Assembly (NCBI RefSeq): GCF_014641615.1
Contig: NZ_BMIB01000004.1
Location: 1,048,785 to 1,072,784 of the forward strand
Source of the DNA: Filimonas zeae
GTDB lineage: Bacteria; Bacteroidota; Bacteroidia; Chitinophagales; Chitinophagaceae
DNA: 24,000 nucleotides
Direction of reading: 5' to 3'
This document shows positions 9,837-18,822 of this stretch, piece by piece (position 1 is the stretch's first letter; every line of letters starts with the position of its first letter). The position numbers and the translations under genes are program-made. Under the pieces are notes generated by a model. That model made no database searches and had not been told where the DNA came from. It saw nothing but the letters and a program-made list of their open reading frames with translations.

Positions 9837-11105
9837 CTACAATTCCTTTACCCTATATAAACATGCGCCAAACAAAAAGATAATAAAGTAACATACCACC
9901 GGCAGGTAATAGGCTTTTGCCACATCGTGATTGGCTACCAGCCCCATTACAAACGGGAAAAAGGCGCCACCTACCACGCCCATGGAAATAAAGGAAGAAG
10001 CCTGTTGCGTATGTGCACCCAGGCTTTTTAAACCCAGGCTGAAGATGGTAGGAAACATAATGCTGAAGAAGAAATTTATCATCAGCAGGGCGCTGAACGA
10101 AAACCAGCCCCAGCCCTGCGCCACCATGCAACACATAACCATGCTGCCAAAAGCAAAAGCAGCCAGCATTTTATGGGGCGCCACAAACTTCATCAGCGAT
10201 GTACCTGCTATACGCCCCAGGGCCATCATAGCCATAAACACAATCATATAGTTGGCGGCACTGGCATCGGTAAAGCCCATTACATCATGCCCGTAGTTGA
10301 TAAAGAACCCCCAGGTACCGGCCTGTGCGGCTACGTTAAAAAACTGCGCTATCACCGCCCATACAAAATGCCGGTACTGAAACAGCTTTTTAGCCGGCGC
10401 AGCAGCCTGCGCGGCGGCGGCATTGCCAGCGGTTGCGGCTTTCTGTGCGGTCACCTCTTTATCACCAGCTTCTTCCGCACCGTGTGCGCTGGTAACCGCG
10501 GGTACTTTTACAAAAGCAAAAGCCACTACCACTGCCAGCAGCACTATGCCAATGCCGGTGTATAATGTTTTAACGGAAGCCAGATCGCCCGCAGCGCCGC
10601 TGCCAGCCAGTAACAGACTACTGCCCAGTGCGGGACCAATCATGGTACCCAGGGCGTTGAACGATTGGGAAAAATTGATACGCCGGTCGCTGGTACCCTG
10701 GTGGCCCAGGGCTGCCACAAACGGATGGGCCACTGTTTCCAGTGTAGCCATGCCGCAGCCCAGCACAAACAAAGCCAGGCGGAAAAACGGAAAGGATACC
10801 CTGTCTGCCGCTGGCACAAACATAAACGCACCCAGCGCAAACAACAGCAGGCCCAGTATTACACCGTTTTTATAGCCAAAACGTTTCATAAACAGCCCGG
10901 CTGGTATACTCATAAAAAAGTACGCCCCAAACACGGAAAACTGAATAAGGCCGGATTGCGATTTTGACAAATGCAGCACGTTCTGAAAGTGTTTATTCAG
11001 CACATCGCTGATGGAATGCGCCACACCCCATAACAAAAACAGGGAGGTAACAAACAGGAAGGTGACAATAAATTTCTTCTCTGTAAAAGCAGGCTTTTCT
11101 ATCAT
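9837..11105 (-). CDS. MFS sugar:H+ symporter, FucP / glucose-galactose transporter-like
   Basis: 422 aa, about 12 hydrophobic helices and an ATG start. The N-terminal segment FLFVTSLFLLWGVAHSISDVLNKHFQ...SQSGLIQFSVFGAYFFMSIPAG resembles the FucP subfamily. There is an Ala-rich central cytoplasmic loop. Confidence 0.8.
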   Translation of the reverse strand: MIEKPAFTEKKFIVTFLFVTSLFLLWGVAHSISDVLNKHFQNVLHLSKSQSGLIQFSVFGAYFFMSIPAGLFMKRFGYKNGVILGLLLFALGAFMFVPAADRVSFPFFRLALFVLGCGMATLETVAHPFVAALGHQGTSDRRINFSQSFNALGTMIGPALGSSLLLAGSGAAGDLASVKTLYTGIGIVLLAVVVAFAFVKVPAVTSAHGAEEAGDKEVTAQKAATAGNAAAAQAAAPAKKLFQYRHFVWAVIAQFFNVAAQAGTWGFFINYGHDVMGFTDASAANYMIVFMAMMALGRIAGTSLMKFVAPHKMLAAFAFGSMVMCCMVAQGWGWFSFSALLMINFFFSIMFPTIFSLGLKSLGAHTQQASSFISMGVVGGAFFPFVMGLVANHDVAKAYYLPVVCYFIIFLFGACLYRVKEL

Positions 11106-11134
11106 ATCAATTTTTTAACTGAGGCGCTTGCCGG

Positions 11135-12322
11135 TTAGAATAAGGGTTTACCCTGCTGCAACTTTTGTAAACGCAGCAACGCTTCCAGGTAGTAGTAGTC
11201 GGCATACACTATCGAAGCATCTATCTCACTGCCATTCGGTTTATTCCCCGTACTGTGTAATAAAAGTGCACAGTTGCGTTTACCAGACTGCCAGCGTTTG
11301 GTAGATAGTTCCGCCAGCATAGCAGTGGCTTTCTGCCGGTAATGCTGGCCTGTGGCCGAATCTGTTACCAGGGTACTCAGCTCCAGCAAGGCAGATGCTG
11401 TTACGGCTGCGGCCGAGGCATCGCGCGGAGCATTGGGTATAGCAACGTCATCAAAATCCCAGTAAGGAATCTGTTCATCACCCAGCCTTTGTAAGTACAC
11501 ATTGGCTACCTGCTGCGCAAAGGCCAGGTATTCCGGCTTGCGGGTTTCGCGGTAGCAAAGTGTGTAGCCGTATATAGCCCAGGATTGGCCGCGCGCCCAC
11601 ATACTGCTATCGGCATAACCCTGATGCGTTTGTTTGCGCAGCACCTTACCGGTTACTGTATCGTATACCACTACATGATACGCGGAGTAATCTGGCCTGA
11701 AATGGTGCTGCATAGTAGTATTGGCGTGCTGTACGGCTATATTGTAACAATGAGGGCTTCCATTTTTTGCGGCCCAGAACAGCAGTTCCAGGTTAATCAT
11801 GTTATCGATAATAGTGTTGTGCCCGCCCAGCATTTGCACATTGCGCGGCCAGGATAAAATGGTACCCACCTGCGGATTGTACAACGTAGCCAATGTATCG
11901 GCCGCGGCCAGCAGTATGCGTTTATAGCTGGTATCGCCCGTAAGGCGCAGGCCATTGCCCATGCTGCAATACAACTGAAAACCAATATCATGATCGAAGG
12001 CTTTGTTGTAAGCCAATGGCGTAAGGGTACGGCTGAAACTATCTGCTTTGTTACGCCAGGTGGTATCTCTGGTGTATTCGTATACATACCAGAGCAGGCC
12101 GGACCAGAAGCCGGAAGTCCAATCCTTATAATCCACCAGGCTCCAGCGGCTGGCACCGGCAGCAATACTGCGGGGAATACTGTCGTACCCATGCAGCTGA
12201 CCGGCAGCAACCGTAACCTGCTGCACACTATAATTCAAGGCCGGTTCAGAAGAAAACTTTTTTGCCATGGTACACGCCTGCAAACAGAGGATACCCAGCA
12301 AAGCAATCGTTGTTATGCGCAT
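11135..12322 (-). CDS. Glycoside hydrolase family 88 (unsaturated glucuronyl/uronyl hydrolase)
   Basis: 395 aa with lipoprotein-type signal MRITTIALLGILCLQAC. The motifs DYKDWTSGFWSGLLWYVYEYT and FDHDIGFQ are characteristic of GH88. Its ATG overlaps the upstream lyase stop (TGATG at 12320-12324), which suggests translational coupling. Confidence 0.85.
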   Translation of the reverse strand: MRITTIALLGILCLQACTMAKKFSSEPALNYSVQQVTVAAGQLHGYDSIPRSIAAGASRWSLVDYKDWTSGFWSGLLWYVYEYTRDTTWRNKADSFSRTLTPLAYNKAFDHDIGFQLYCSMGNGLRLTGDTSYKRILLAAADTLATLYNPQVGTILSWPRNVQMLGGHNTIIDNMINLELLFWAAKNGSPHCYNIAVQHANTTMQHHFRPDYSAYHVVVYDTVTGKVLRKQTHQGYADSSMWARGQSWAIYGYTLCYRETRKPEYLAFAQQVANVYLQRLGDEQIPYWDFDDVAIPNAPRDASAAAVTASALLELSTLVTDSATGQHYRQKATAMLAELSTKRWQSGKRNCALLLHSTGNKPNGSEIDASIVYADYYYLEALLRLQKLQQGKPLF

Positions 12323-15198
12323 CAGAATTGTATTTTAGAATAAGTGACTGCAGGCAGCGTAAAAGCCACGCGTATACCACCATTGGTGCGCAGGGTTTTA
12401 CCGGTGTACTCACGGGTGGTATTGTCTGCTGTTAGTTTTAAGCGGTTACCGGTTACGCTGTTTAATGGCAGGGTTAATACCACGGGCTTATCTGCGGCAA
12501 AATACCAGCCATCGCTTTGTTTGCATAAGGCGGCGGCGGTATTGTTTTGTTTTGCGGTAATGCTGTAGGCACCGCTGCCTATGCTGCTGCCGCTGCCCAT
12601 AAACAGGTACTGCAATTGATTACCCTGCTCGCTTATTACACCATATACGCCATTGCTCCAGCGTTGCTGATAACTGGCGGTGGCGGTACTGTCTGCCCCG
12701 CAGAACACCCATTGGGTGCTGCCGTTGCGGGTGTTAATAGTTAAGCCTGTTACTGCGACGCTGCTGGTTTGCGGTGTAAAGCTTTGGATGGCGGTAATAT
12801 CTTTAGGTATGCCTGCTGTAGCAGGTTCCAGTACTACGGTAAAAGGTTTGTTCCAGGCCGCTCCTGTTTGCCGGGCTATAATAGTGGGTAATGGCAGGGT
12901 AGCTACGCTCTGCGGAAGCCCCATACGATCAATGGCTTTAGAGGGCGGCGCTTTTACGGCAAATACTTCCCGGTTGGGTTCTCCCTTCATCCACATATGC
13001 ATCTGTAATTCCGGGCCATTGGGCATCGTCAATTGAAACTGTGCCTGAATATCCTTATCCGTAACTACCGATTTTTTATCCCAGAAATAATCATAGGCCG
13101 ATAAGTGACCACCAGCAAACGTTAGCCGCTCTGTGGGTTGCAGGTTCAGCGGTGCACCTGCACTATCCAGTACGGTTAGCTGCTGGCCCATGCTGTGATA
13201 GAAATAATCGTGCATTTTATCTTTTCCATCCTGCCGGGCAGAGCGGAACACATCTATGTAATACCCGGTTGTATCGCTGGTTCTGACAATGCCGAGTAAC
13301 CTGTTCTGCCGGGCCTGTGTTTCCGGTTCCAGAAAGGCCACACTGGCAAAACTTACCAGCGGAAAAAAGCCTGCTTTTACACCGGAGGCGGGATAACTGT
13401 GCAGCAACTCAAAACCATGATTGCTTTTCATAACCGGATAGGCAGAGATACCATCTACCGCTACGGTATTATGCGCCGGAAACTGCGAATAGTACTCGCC
13501 ATAGTCTGGCTGAAAATAACTGGTGCCTATACCTGCTTCGGGTGCCAGCACCATGCCCTTACCAAACAGTTCCATAGAAATACCGCCTGCGTGCATGTGA
13601 TTGCCTTTAGAGCCGGATAGTGCTGCCATTAACCCGTTTACCGGATCAAAGCCGTTGCGCAAGGCCAGGTAGCTTACTTTGGGCGCGCTGAATACCGGAG
13701 TAACATAGGCTGTAATACTGCCGGGTTGTGTGGTATCTGTTGTGGCAGTTACAGGTTCTTCTACCAACAGTGTAGCGGCTATGCCTTCTTTCTTTTCCGG
13801 AGTTGCTGCTTCGCCTGTGTGCCGGTTAAATGCTTCCAGTGTTTTGAGGTAGCGGCTAAAGGCTGCTATCTGTTGCGGCTTGCGGTGCAGCTGTGCATTG
13901 GCTAGCAACTGCCGGGCCGGGGTAAGGGAAAGCCTGCCATAATGCGAATCGCCAAAGGCAGAGAAAAAACCATTGGGAAACAGGTACTGCGCTGCGGCAG
14001 GTACTGCTTTTTCCAGCACGGGCATATCCGGCAGCAGATCGTGCTGAAACTGTTTATCAAAACGCTGTACCACACCGGTAAAATCAGCCAGCACATTCAG
14101 AGAATAGCCGGGGCATTCGTTCCAGATACCGGTGGTGGAATCGTAGCCTTGCTGTAGCAGCTTATACAGGCTCCACTGGCGTTCAGAATCGGTATTTAAG
14201 ATGTTGCTGATATAGTACTGGCGGCCCTTACCATCGGGGTAAGCGCGGTTATCTTCCAGCACTGCGGCAATATTCAGCACGTTGCGTGCTTCTATCAGGT
14301 TCCAGTTATTAAAGGCTACACCGTGGTTAATCTGCACCTCTGCCCACTTTTTAAACACAGCGGTGTACACCTCTATTTGCCGGGGTGACCGCTGTTGCAG
14401 GTATTGGTACAGCAGATCGTAAATACCGGTGAGGCTGGTGAGCAGTGCTGCCTCCTGTATTACCTCAAAGGTGGCCAGCCCGGCAATAGTTTCGTGGTGG
14501 CCGTGGGTAAGGTCATGCGGCGTTTCGCGGTAGTGCATACCGGTCATATAGGTATCAAACAGCCCGAATGCAAAGCGGGCGTATTTGTCATCGTCTGTCA
14601 GGCGGTACAGCCAGGCAGCGGTATGCGCAAAGCCCATCAGCTGGGTGTTAACAGATTCAATGGCACGACCGGTTTTGGCCACTTCCACCCACTCCATGGG
14701 CGCACCGGGTTTGGAGCGGTTTACCAGGTAAACACCCCGCGGGTCGTCTGCATACGGCAGCAGATCTTCCGGTTTGGGCGCCCCGTACGGGGTAATATGG
14801 TCGCGTGCACCAGGAAAGCGTACAGTAGGCACCGGGGCTTCGCCTTCGGCATGGTCAAAAACACCCCCTTTTATATACACCTCTGTATGCCGGGTTTTCC
14901 AGTACATCTGCAGGCGGCTGAGCATCCAGCTACTGTCTGCCTGGCAGCGAGTTACGTAATTATCTATGCTTTCCCGCATGCGGCTTACCGTTTTGCGGGC
15001 GGTTTCGTTTTGCAGTGTCCACGCTTTTAGCCGGGGAAGTTGTGTGTTGGTCACCTCCAGACGGGGGTGTTGCTGCGAAAAGTCTGCTGGTAATTGTATC
15101 GGCTGCGCCGTGGCAACTGCCAGCAGGCTACCCAGCGGCAGCAATACAGTTTTAACCGAAAAGGCAAGCAGCCGGAAAAGCAGAATAGTCTGATTCAT
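12322..15198 (-). CDS. Heparinase II/III-like polysaccharide lyase (large, 958 aa, secreted)
   Basis: The signal peptide is MNQTILLFRLLAFSVKTVLLPLGSLLAVATAQP. An N-terminal helical (toroid-like) half is followed by the segment GNHMHAGGISMELFGKGMVLAPEAGIGTSYFQPDYGEYYSQFPAHNTVAVDG, typical of the Heparinase II/III-like domain. It is paired with GH88. The PL family cannot be assigned by eye. Confidence 0.65.
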   Translation of the reverse strand: MNQTILLFRLLAFSVKTVLLPLGSLLAVATAQPIQLPADFSQQHPRLEVTNTQLPRLKAWTLQNETARKTVSRMRESIDNYVTRCQADSSWMLSRLQMYWKTRHTEVYIKGGVFDHAEGEAPVPTVRFPGARDHITPYGAPKPEDLLPYADDPRGVYLVNRSKPGAPMEWVEVAKTGRAIESVNTQLMGFAHTAAWLYRLTDDDKYARFAFGLFDTYMTGMHYRETPHDLTHGHHETIAGLATFEVIQEAALLTSLTGIYDLLYQYLQQRSPRQIEVYTAVFKKWAEVQINHGVAFNNWNLIEARNVLNIAAVLEDNRAYPDGKGRQYYISNILNTDSERQWSLYKLLQQGYDSTTGIWNECPGYSLNVLADFTGVVQRFDKQFQHDLLPDMPVLEKAVPAAAQYLFPNGFFSAFGDSHYGRLSLTPARQLLANAQLHRKPQQIAAFSRYLKTLEAFNRHTGEAATPEKKEGIAATLLVEEPVTATTDTTQPGSITAYVTPVFSAPKVSYLALRNGFDPVNGLMAALSGSKGNHMHAGGISMELFGKGMVLAPEAGIGTSYFQPDYGEYYSQFPAHNTVAVDGISAYPVMKSNHGFELLHSYPASGVKAGFFPLVSFASVAFLEPETQARQNRLLGIVRTSDTTGYYIDVFRSARQDGKDKMHDYFYHSMGQQLTVLDSAGAPLNLQPTERLTFAGGHLSAYDYFWDKKSVVTDKDIQAQFQLTMPNGPELQMHMWMKGEPNREVFAVKAPPSKAIDRMGLPQSVATLPLPTIIARQTGAAWNKPFTVVLEPATAGIPKDITAIQSFTPQTSSVAVTGLTINTRNGSTQWVFCGADSTATASYQQRWSNGVYGVISEQGNQLQYLFMGSGSSIGSGAYSITAKQNNTAAALCKQSDGWYFAADKPVVLTLPLNSVTGNRLKLTADNTTREYTGKTLRTNGGIRVAFTLPAVTYSKIQF

Positions 15199-15267
15199 AA
15201 TGGCATTTAATCAGCCGGAGCTACGGGAGAGGAATTGGTCTGCCCCTGTTGGAAGCGCCTGCTATGG

Positions 15268-15275
15268 CAAAAATA
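15268..15275 (-). promoter_or_regulatory. Putative -7 promoter box (TATTTTTG on the minus strand) for the lyase-GH88-MFS operon
   Basis: Plus-strand CAAAAATA is TAnnTTTG on the minus strand, 70 nt upstream of the lyase ATG. No clear -33 element. Confidence 0.3.
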
Positions 15276-15417
15276 GATCGGGGTTTATGGAGGGGTGAGG
15301 GAGTTTTTTACCAATTATGAGGGTGTTATTGTTCAGATGGGCGGATGATGGCCTTATTTCTGCCGGAGCTCAAAGAAAGCCCGGTTTCTTTATGAATTCC
15401 CGGTGGCATTGCATCCA

Positions 15418-16131
15418 ATGTGTATGCGAACGTTATTATCCCTTTTCCCACTTTTCTGCCTGCTTTTCTGCTCCGGCAGAAATAAACAGGTATGCATTTA
15501 CGAAAAAAGTGATTTTGTACTGATAGACACCACCTATACCACGGAACTGCCCCGTGAAGCACGCACGGCCCCTGCCGGTTACCCTATCTATTATTTTGGA
15601 CCAGTGAAGGACACCATTGCCATTGGAAAGCAATTTCTCCGGGGCAGAACCCCTATACCGCAATGGCCAAAAGTGCTTCCCGCTACCCGCAATTACTCAG
15701 TTAATAAACTACAAATTCTTGTAGACACCAGCATTACTACAGATTTACCCACCGAATACGCTGCCGAAGATGGAAGCTTTAATAATGCTGCCGCCCAGCA
15801 CTACAATGCACGTTTGGTAACCCTCCGGAACATCTGTGACTCTATAGTGTGGATAGGTAGAAGTTTTGACATAATTTTTATGCGCCTCGAATGCAGGAAC
15901 AGACAGGGTGAATGGGTTGCTGTTCAACAACGCATGGAGGGGTGCGGAACAGGACAACCCAGTATCTATCTGAGGCCGGGAGAAATTATTATAGCCAAAT
16001 CCTCCCGCCTTCAGGGTTCATTTACCACCGATTGCCGGCTTGTATTTGGGCGTGATGACCGTATTGTATATTCCAATACTTTCCGCGAAGCAATAAATGA
16101 AACATTACTTAACGGTGTTCAGACAGATTAA
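15418..16131 (+). CDS. Hypothetical secreted/lipoprotein-like protein
   Basis: The ORF-track start at 15403 is GTG. ATG codons at 15418 and 15424 precede a hydrophobic signal-like segment MRTLLSLFPLFCLLFCSG. I recognise no family. The choice of start is uncertain. Confidence 0.55.
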   Translation: MCMRTLLSLFPLFCLLFCSGRNKQVCIYEKSDFVLIDTTYTTELPREARTAPAGYPIYYFGPVKDTIAIGKQFLRGRTPIPQWPKVLPATRNYSVNKLQILVDTSITTDLPTEYAAEDGSFNNAAAQHYNARLVTLRNICDSIVWIGRSFDIIFMRLECRNRQGEWVAVQQRMEGCGTGQPSIYLRPGEIIIAKSSRLQGSFTTDCRLVFGRDDRIVYSNTFREAINETLLNGVQTD

Positions 16132-16529
16132 TGCGTTTGCACAATTATTACCTTCCCTGCTGCATCTATTTCTTCTAACAGAAACAGACTGTCGTTAAAG
16201 TAATTCATCTCAGGGTCATGATCGCCGTAGAACTCAATACGCTGAGTACTCTTGCGCAAGGCTTCTTTATCCAGTGCTTCCCCAGCCCAATCTGTTGTAA
16301 ACTGATCGGCAATTTCGCTGGCTTCAATGCTTACATGTAAGTCAGCCGAAAAGTGGATGTGAAAGCTATAGCCATCGTCGAAAGTTACTATCAGGTTGTC
16401 ACCGGTAAGTGCCGCTATGGGTTTATTACTACCGGGCATACGGGCAAAGCGATCGTCAATACGTTTTTTGATGTCTAAGGCGGCAATCGTTTGTTCCGGG
16501 TGCAGGAACGCTAAGTGTGTATAAGCCAT
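16128..16529 (-). CDS. Hypothetical acidic cytoplasmic protein (133 aa)
   Basis: ATG-initiated ORF with protein-like composition and no recognisable motifs. Its stop overlaps the stop of the convergent 15418-16131 gene at TTAA (16128-16131). Confidence 0.5.
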   Translation of the reverse strand: MAYTHLAFLHPEQTIAALDIKKRIDDRFARMPGSNKPIAALTGDNLIVTFDDGYSFHIHFSADLHVSIEASEIADQFTTDWAGEALDKEALRKSTQRIEFYGDHDPEMNYFNDSLFLLEEIDAAGKVIIVQTH

Positions 16530-16609
16530 CAGGTGTTTTTTGGATACTATTGTATATAAACGGATAAGCGGCAGTTTTGTTTACAGGTCCTCTTATGCGC
16601 TATTCAAGC

Positions 16610-17170
16610 TTATGGCTTATCGGCTGCCAGAGAAAACACTACACCCGAATCAATAAACCGTAGTTGGCTTTTTTCCATTACAGCGCTCCTTCCCAGATGA
16701 AATCCCGTGTCGGCCTGTATAATTAACGTATCTCCATGCTGTTCATAGGTACCCCATGATTCAGCAAACGCAGGGGTGTTTTGCTGTAACACCTTTACCC
16801 AATTGCCCTCTTTAAAAACAAGCGAAAGGCCACCATCACCCGCACCAATTTCCAGATTTACTGCCACATAGGCGTTTGGTAAACCATCCAGCCCTGCCAA
16901 CAGCAACCTATGCCCCCACACCAGCCCAATAAATCCAATGGCCGCGCAGAACGGCAAAAAAGAACGCTTGCCTTCTTTGTTCACATATCTTCTAACATTC
17001 AGGAAAAGTACCACTATTGCCAGCAGATAAAGCAATCCCATTGACAGTAATCTCAACCAGGTTTCCAGACCAAAATCAACTACATGCACCGGCTTCCATT
17101 CCAGCCAGGCAGCCAACAATCCAATAGCACACACTATCCAGAAAACGGGTTTTATTTTTAACTGCTTCAT
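16610..17170 (-). CDS. Hypothetical membrane protein (about 3 TM helices plus a C-terminal soluble domain)
   Basis: 186 aa with an ATG start. Hydrophobic helices are VFWIVCAIGLLAAWL, LLSMGLLYLLAIVVLFL and FLPFCAAIGFIGLVW. No recognisable family. Confidence 0.55.
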   Translation of the reverse strand: MKQLKIKPVFWIVCAIGLLAAWLEWKPVHVVDFGLETWLRLLSMGLLYLLAIVVLFLNVRRYVNKEGKRSFLPFCAAIGFIGLVWGHRLLLAGLDGLPNAYVAVNLEIGAGDGGLSLVFKEGNWVKVLQQNTPAFAESWGTYEQHGDTLIIQADTGFHLGRSAVMEKSQLRFIDSGVVFSLAADKP

Positions 17171-17241
17171 TCTTAAAGAGTTTAGGGGCAGATCATTTAT
17201 AGCCTTGACAAATCAAATATACACAGATGCTGATAAGCCAA

Positions 17242-17249
17242 TAAATTTG
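17242..17249 (+). promoter_or_regulatory. Putative -7 promoter box TAAATTTG upstream of vsr
   Basis: Exact TAnnTTTG match 54 nt upstream of the vsr ATG. The nearest TTG (within TTGACA at 17205-17210) is too far away for the canonical spacing. Confidence 0.3.
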
Positions 17250-17302
17250 AGGTGCATTCCAATTCCGGCATGAAATAAGATACTTTTCTACCAAACGGCA
17301 GC

Positions 17303-17740
17303 ATGGCAGACGTACACAATAAGGAAACGCGCAGCTATAACATGAGCCAGATTAAGGGTAAGGATACCAAACCCGAAATACTGGTGCGCCGTTTTTTGCA
17401 TGCGCGGGGGTTCCGGTTCCGGCTGCACGATAAATCGCTGCCTGGCAAGCCAGATCTGGTGCTGCCTAAATACAAAACGGTTGTTTTTATTCATGGCTGC
17501 TTCTGGCATGGGCATGCCCACTGCAAGTACTATGTGGTACCCAAAACACGTACAGAATGGTGGCTGAATAAAATTAACACCAACATTACCAACGATCAGA
17601 AAGCAGAAACGCTGCTGGCAGCAATGGGGTGGAAAATAATTACCATCTGGGAATGTGAGCTGAAGAAGGCGGTACTGGATGATACGCTGGCCAGACTTGT
17701 TTTGAGTATATTAGGCAGTAAGCAATTACAAAACAAATAA
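17303..17740 (+). CDS. vsr: Very-short-patch repair endonuclease (Vsr family)
   Basis: 145 aa. The sequence ETRSYNMSQIKGKDTKPEILVRRFLHARGFRFRLH...LPGKPDLVLPKYKTVVFIHGCFWHGHAHC...WKIITIWECELK matches the hallmark Vsr motifs: the PGKPD catalytic Asp region, FxHGCFWHxH and WEC. Confidence 0.9.
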   Translation: MADVHNKETRSYNMSQIKGKDTKPEILVRRFLHARGFRFRLHDKSLPGKPDLVLPKYKTVVFIHGCFWHGHAHCKYYVVPKTRTEWWLNKINTNITNDQKAETLLAAMGWKIITIWECELKKAVLDDTLARLVLSILGSKQLQNK

Positions 17741-17791
17741 CCGGCACTATGCAGAGAGGGTTGCTGCAAAGCACTTATTCAAACAGTTTCG

Positions 17792-18238
17792 TTATCCGGT
17801 AGCTGCCATGCCCTGCATTTCGCCGGAAGCCTCATCCTGTATCTTCCCTCTGCTACGTGCAATACTGATAAGATCAGCATTGAGACTAATCAGCTTTTTG
17901 TACTCGTCCGGCTTCTCCATAACGGCATCAAACAGGTGCAGATTCTCATGAATCAGCGGATCCTGCTCCACATTTGCGCCACTCAGCACCACATACAGGA
18001 AAGAGGGCTCAGCACACCTTAGCCGTATGCGACGTAAAACATCCAGCGAGTTCATACCGGGGAGATAGAAGTCGGCAATAATCATATCCGGACAAGGGTT
18101 TTCCGCCAGAAACGACAGTAAATCAAGGCCAGAAGAACAGCTGGCTACTATGTTAAAATGACCAGGATCCAGCGCTTCCTGCAACAACATCCTGTCATCT
18201 GCATCATCGTCTAATATTATCACGTTCACTTTTTTCAT
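17792..18238 (-). CDS. Single-domain response regulator (receiver only)
   Basis: 148 aa. It has the acidic pocket ILDDDADD, phospho-acceptor context MIIADFYLPGMNS, VVLSG and EKPD (the conserved Lys). There is no output domain. Confidence 0.85.
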   Translation of the reverse strand: MKKVNVIILDDDADDRMLLQEALDPGHFNIVASCSSGLDLLSFLAENPCPDMIIADFYLPGMNSLDVLRRIRLRCAEPSFLYVVLSGANVEQDPLIHENLHLFDAVMEKPDEYKKLISLNADLISIARSRGKIQDEASGEMQGMAATG

Positions 18239-18246
18239 ACACTAAC

Positions 18247-18281
18247 GGTGTTTAAATCAATAGGTATTTAATTTAAACACC
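18247..18281. promoter_or_regulatory. Perfect 11-bp inverted repeat GGTGTTTAAAT-N13-ATTTAAACACC immediately upstream of the 17792-18238 response-regulator start
   Basis: Read directly from the sequence. The arms are 18247-18257 and 18271-18281, and the proximal arm ends 8 nt from the ATG at 18238. It could be an operator or a leader hairpin. Confidence 0.45.
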
Positions 18282-18364
18282 AACAGGATGCCAAAACCAG
18301 ATGATGAGCTGTAAAAATTGTAAAAAATAACTTAAGGTAATACACAATAAATGTTAACGGACCT

Positions 18365-18403
18365 GCACAGCTATGCCGGCAAATTATCCCGGCACCACTG
18401 TGC
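18365..18403 (-). terminator. Compound GC-rich hairpin downstream of the 18421-18822 gene (possible terminator or attenuator, no clean U-tract)
   Basis: GCACAG-CTA-TGCCGG...CCGGCA-CCA-CTGTGC gives 12 paired positions with a 3x3 internal loop, starting 18 nt after the stop at 18421. It is followed on the minus strand by AGGTCCGTTAACATTTATT rather than a T-run. Confidence 0.35.
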
Positions 18404-18420
18404 GCCGTTAGTTGTAAACG

Positions 18421-18822
18421 TTAGCGGAATCTGAGTACCAGATGCGGATAACTACTCTCAGCCAGATCGCCGAGAATAAGCCTGCCCAGTAAAGCCTTTA
18501 AGCCATCATACGAGTCGGGCTTTTCAAATAGATACGTAGGGCGAAAGTTGTCTGCCACTTTCAGATTGGCATTAGCCGACATGGTAATAAATGGGATATC
18601 AGGCTTTGTTCTGGATACTTCCAGCCACAGCTCATGCGCATTCATAACGGGCATGTTGTAATCGGATATAATGATATCCGGCGGAGTATCCAGCATTTCC
18701 AGAATAGCCGCGTGACCACTTTCCACTACATGCACCACAATCTCCGGATGAATTTCATCCACTGCGGTTTTAAAAAAGAACTGGTCGTCTTTGTCATCCT
18801 CCACTAACATGATTCTTATCAT
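18421..18822 (-). CDS. Single-domain response regulator (receiver only)
   Basis: It has LVEDDKDD, DIIISDYNMPVMNAHE, ITMSA and FEKPD. The ORF-track start at 18825 is GTG. The ATG at 18822 sits 4 nt downstream of a strong AGGAGG Shine-Dalgarno (plus strand 18827-18832 CCTCCT). Confidence 0.85.
   Translation of the reverse strand: MIRIMLVEDDKDDQFFFKTAVDEIHPEIVVHVVESGHAAILEMLDTPPDIIISDYNMPVMNAHELWLEVSRTKPDIPFITMSANANLKVADNFRPTYLFEKPDSYDGLKALLGRLILGDLAESSYPHLVLRFR

Noticed and set aside
5682-15193. Many plus-strand ORFs antisense to the HTCS, MFS, GH88 and lyase genes (for example 5682-6245, 10173-10875, 11990-12343 and 14395-15030), and the alternative-frame minus ORF 11797-12228.
   Set aside because: All lie inside long, motif-supported minus-strand genes. 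Their compositions look non-protein-like, so they are antisense or shadow ORFs.
16128-16131. Convergent genes 15418-16131 (+) and 16128-16529 (-) overlap at their stop codons (TTAA), leaving no room for terminators.
   Set aside because: The feature is real but common in compact genomes and carries no specific functional implication on its own. It may also reflect uncertainty about whether both hypothetical ORFs are genuine.
17288-17521. 77-aa minus-strand ORF overlapping the start of vsr.
   Set aside because: It is antisense to a gene with unmistakable Vsr motifs and has no supporting features.
17741-17791. Search for a bidirectional terminator between the convergent vsr and the response regulator.
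   Set aside because: Only a 5-bp TGCAG/CTGCA stem is present, which is too weak to report.
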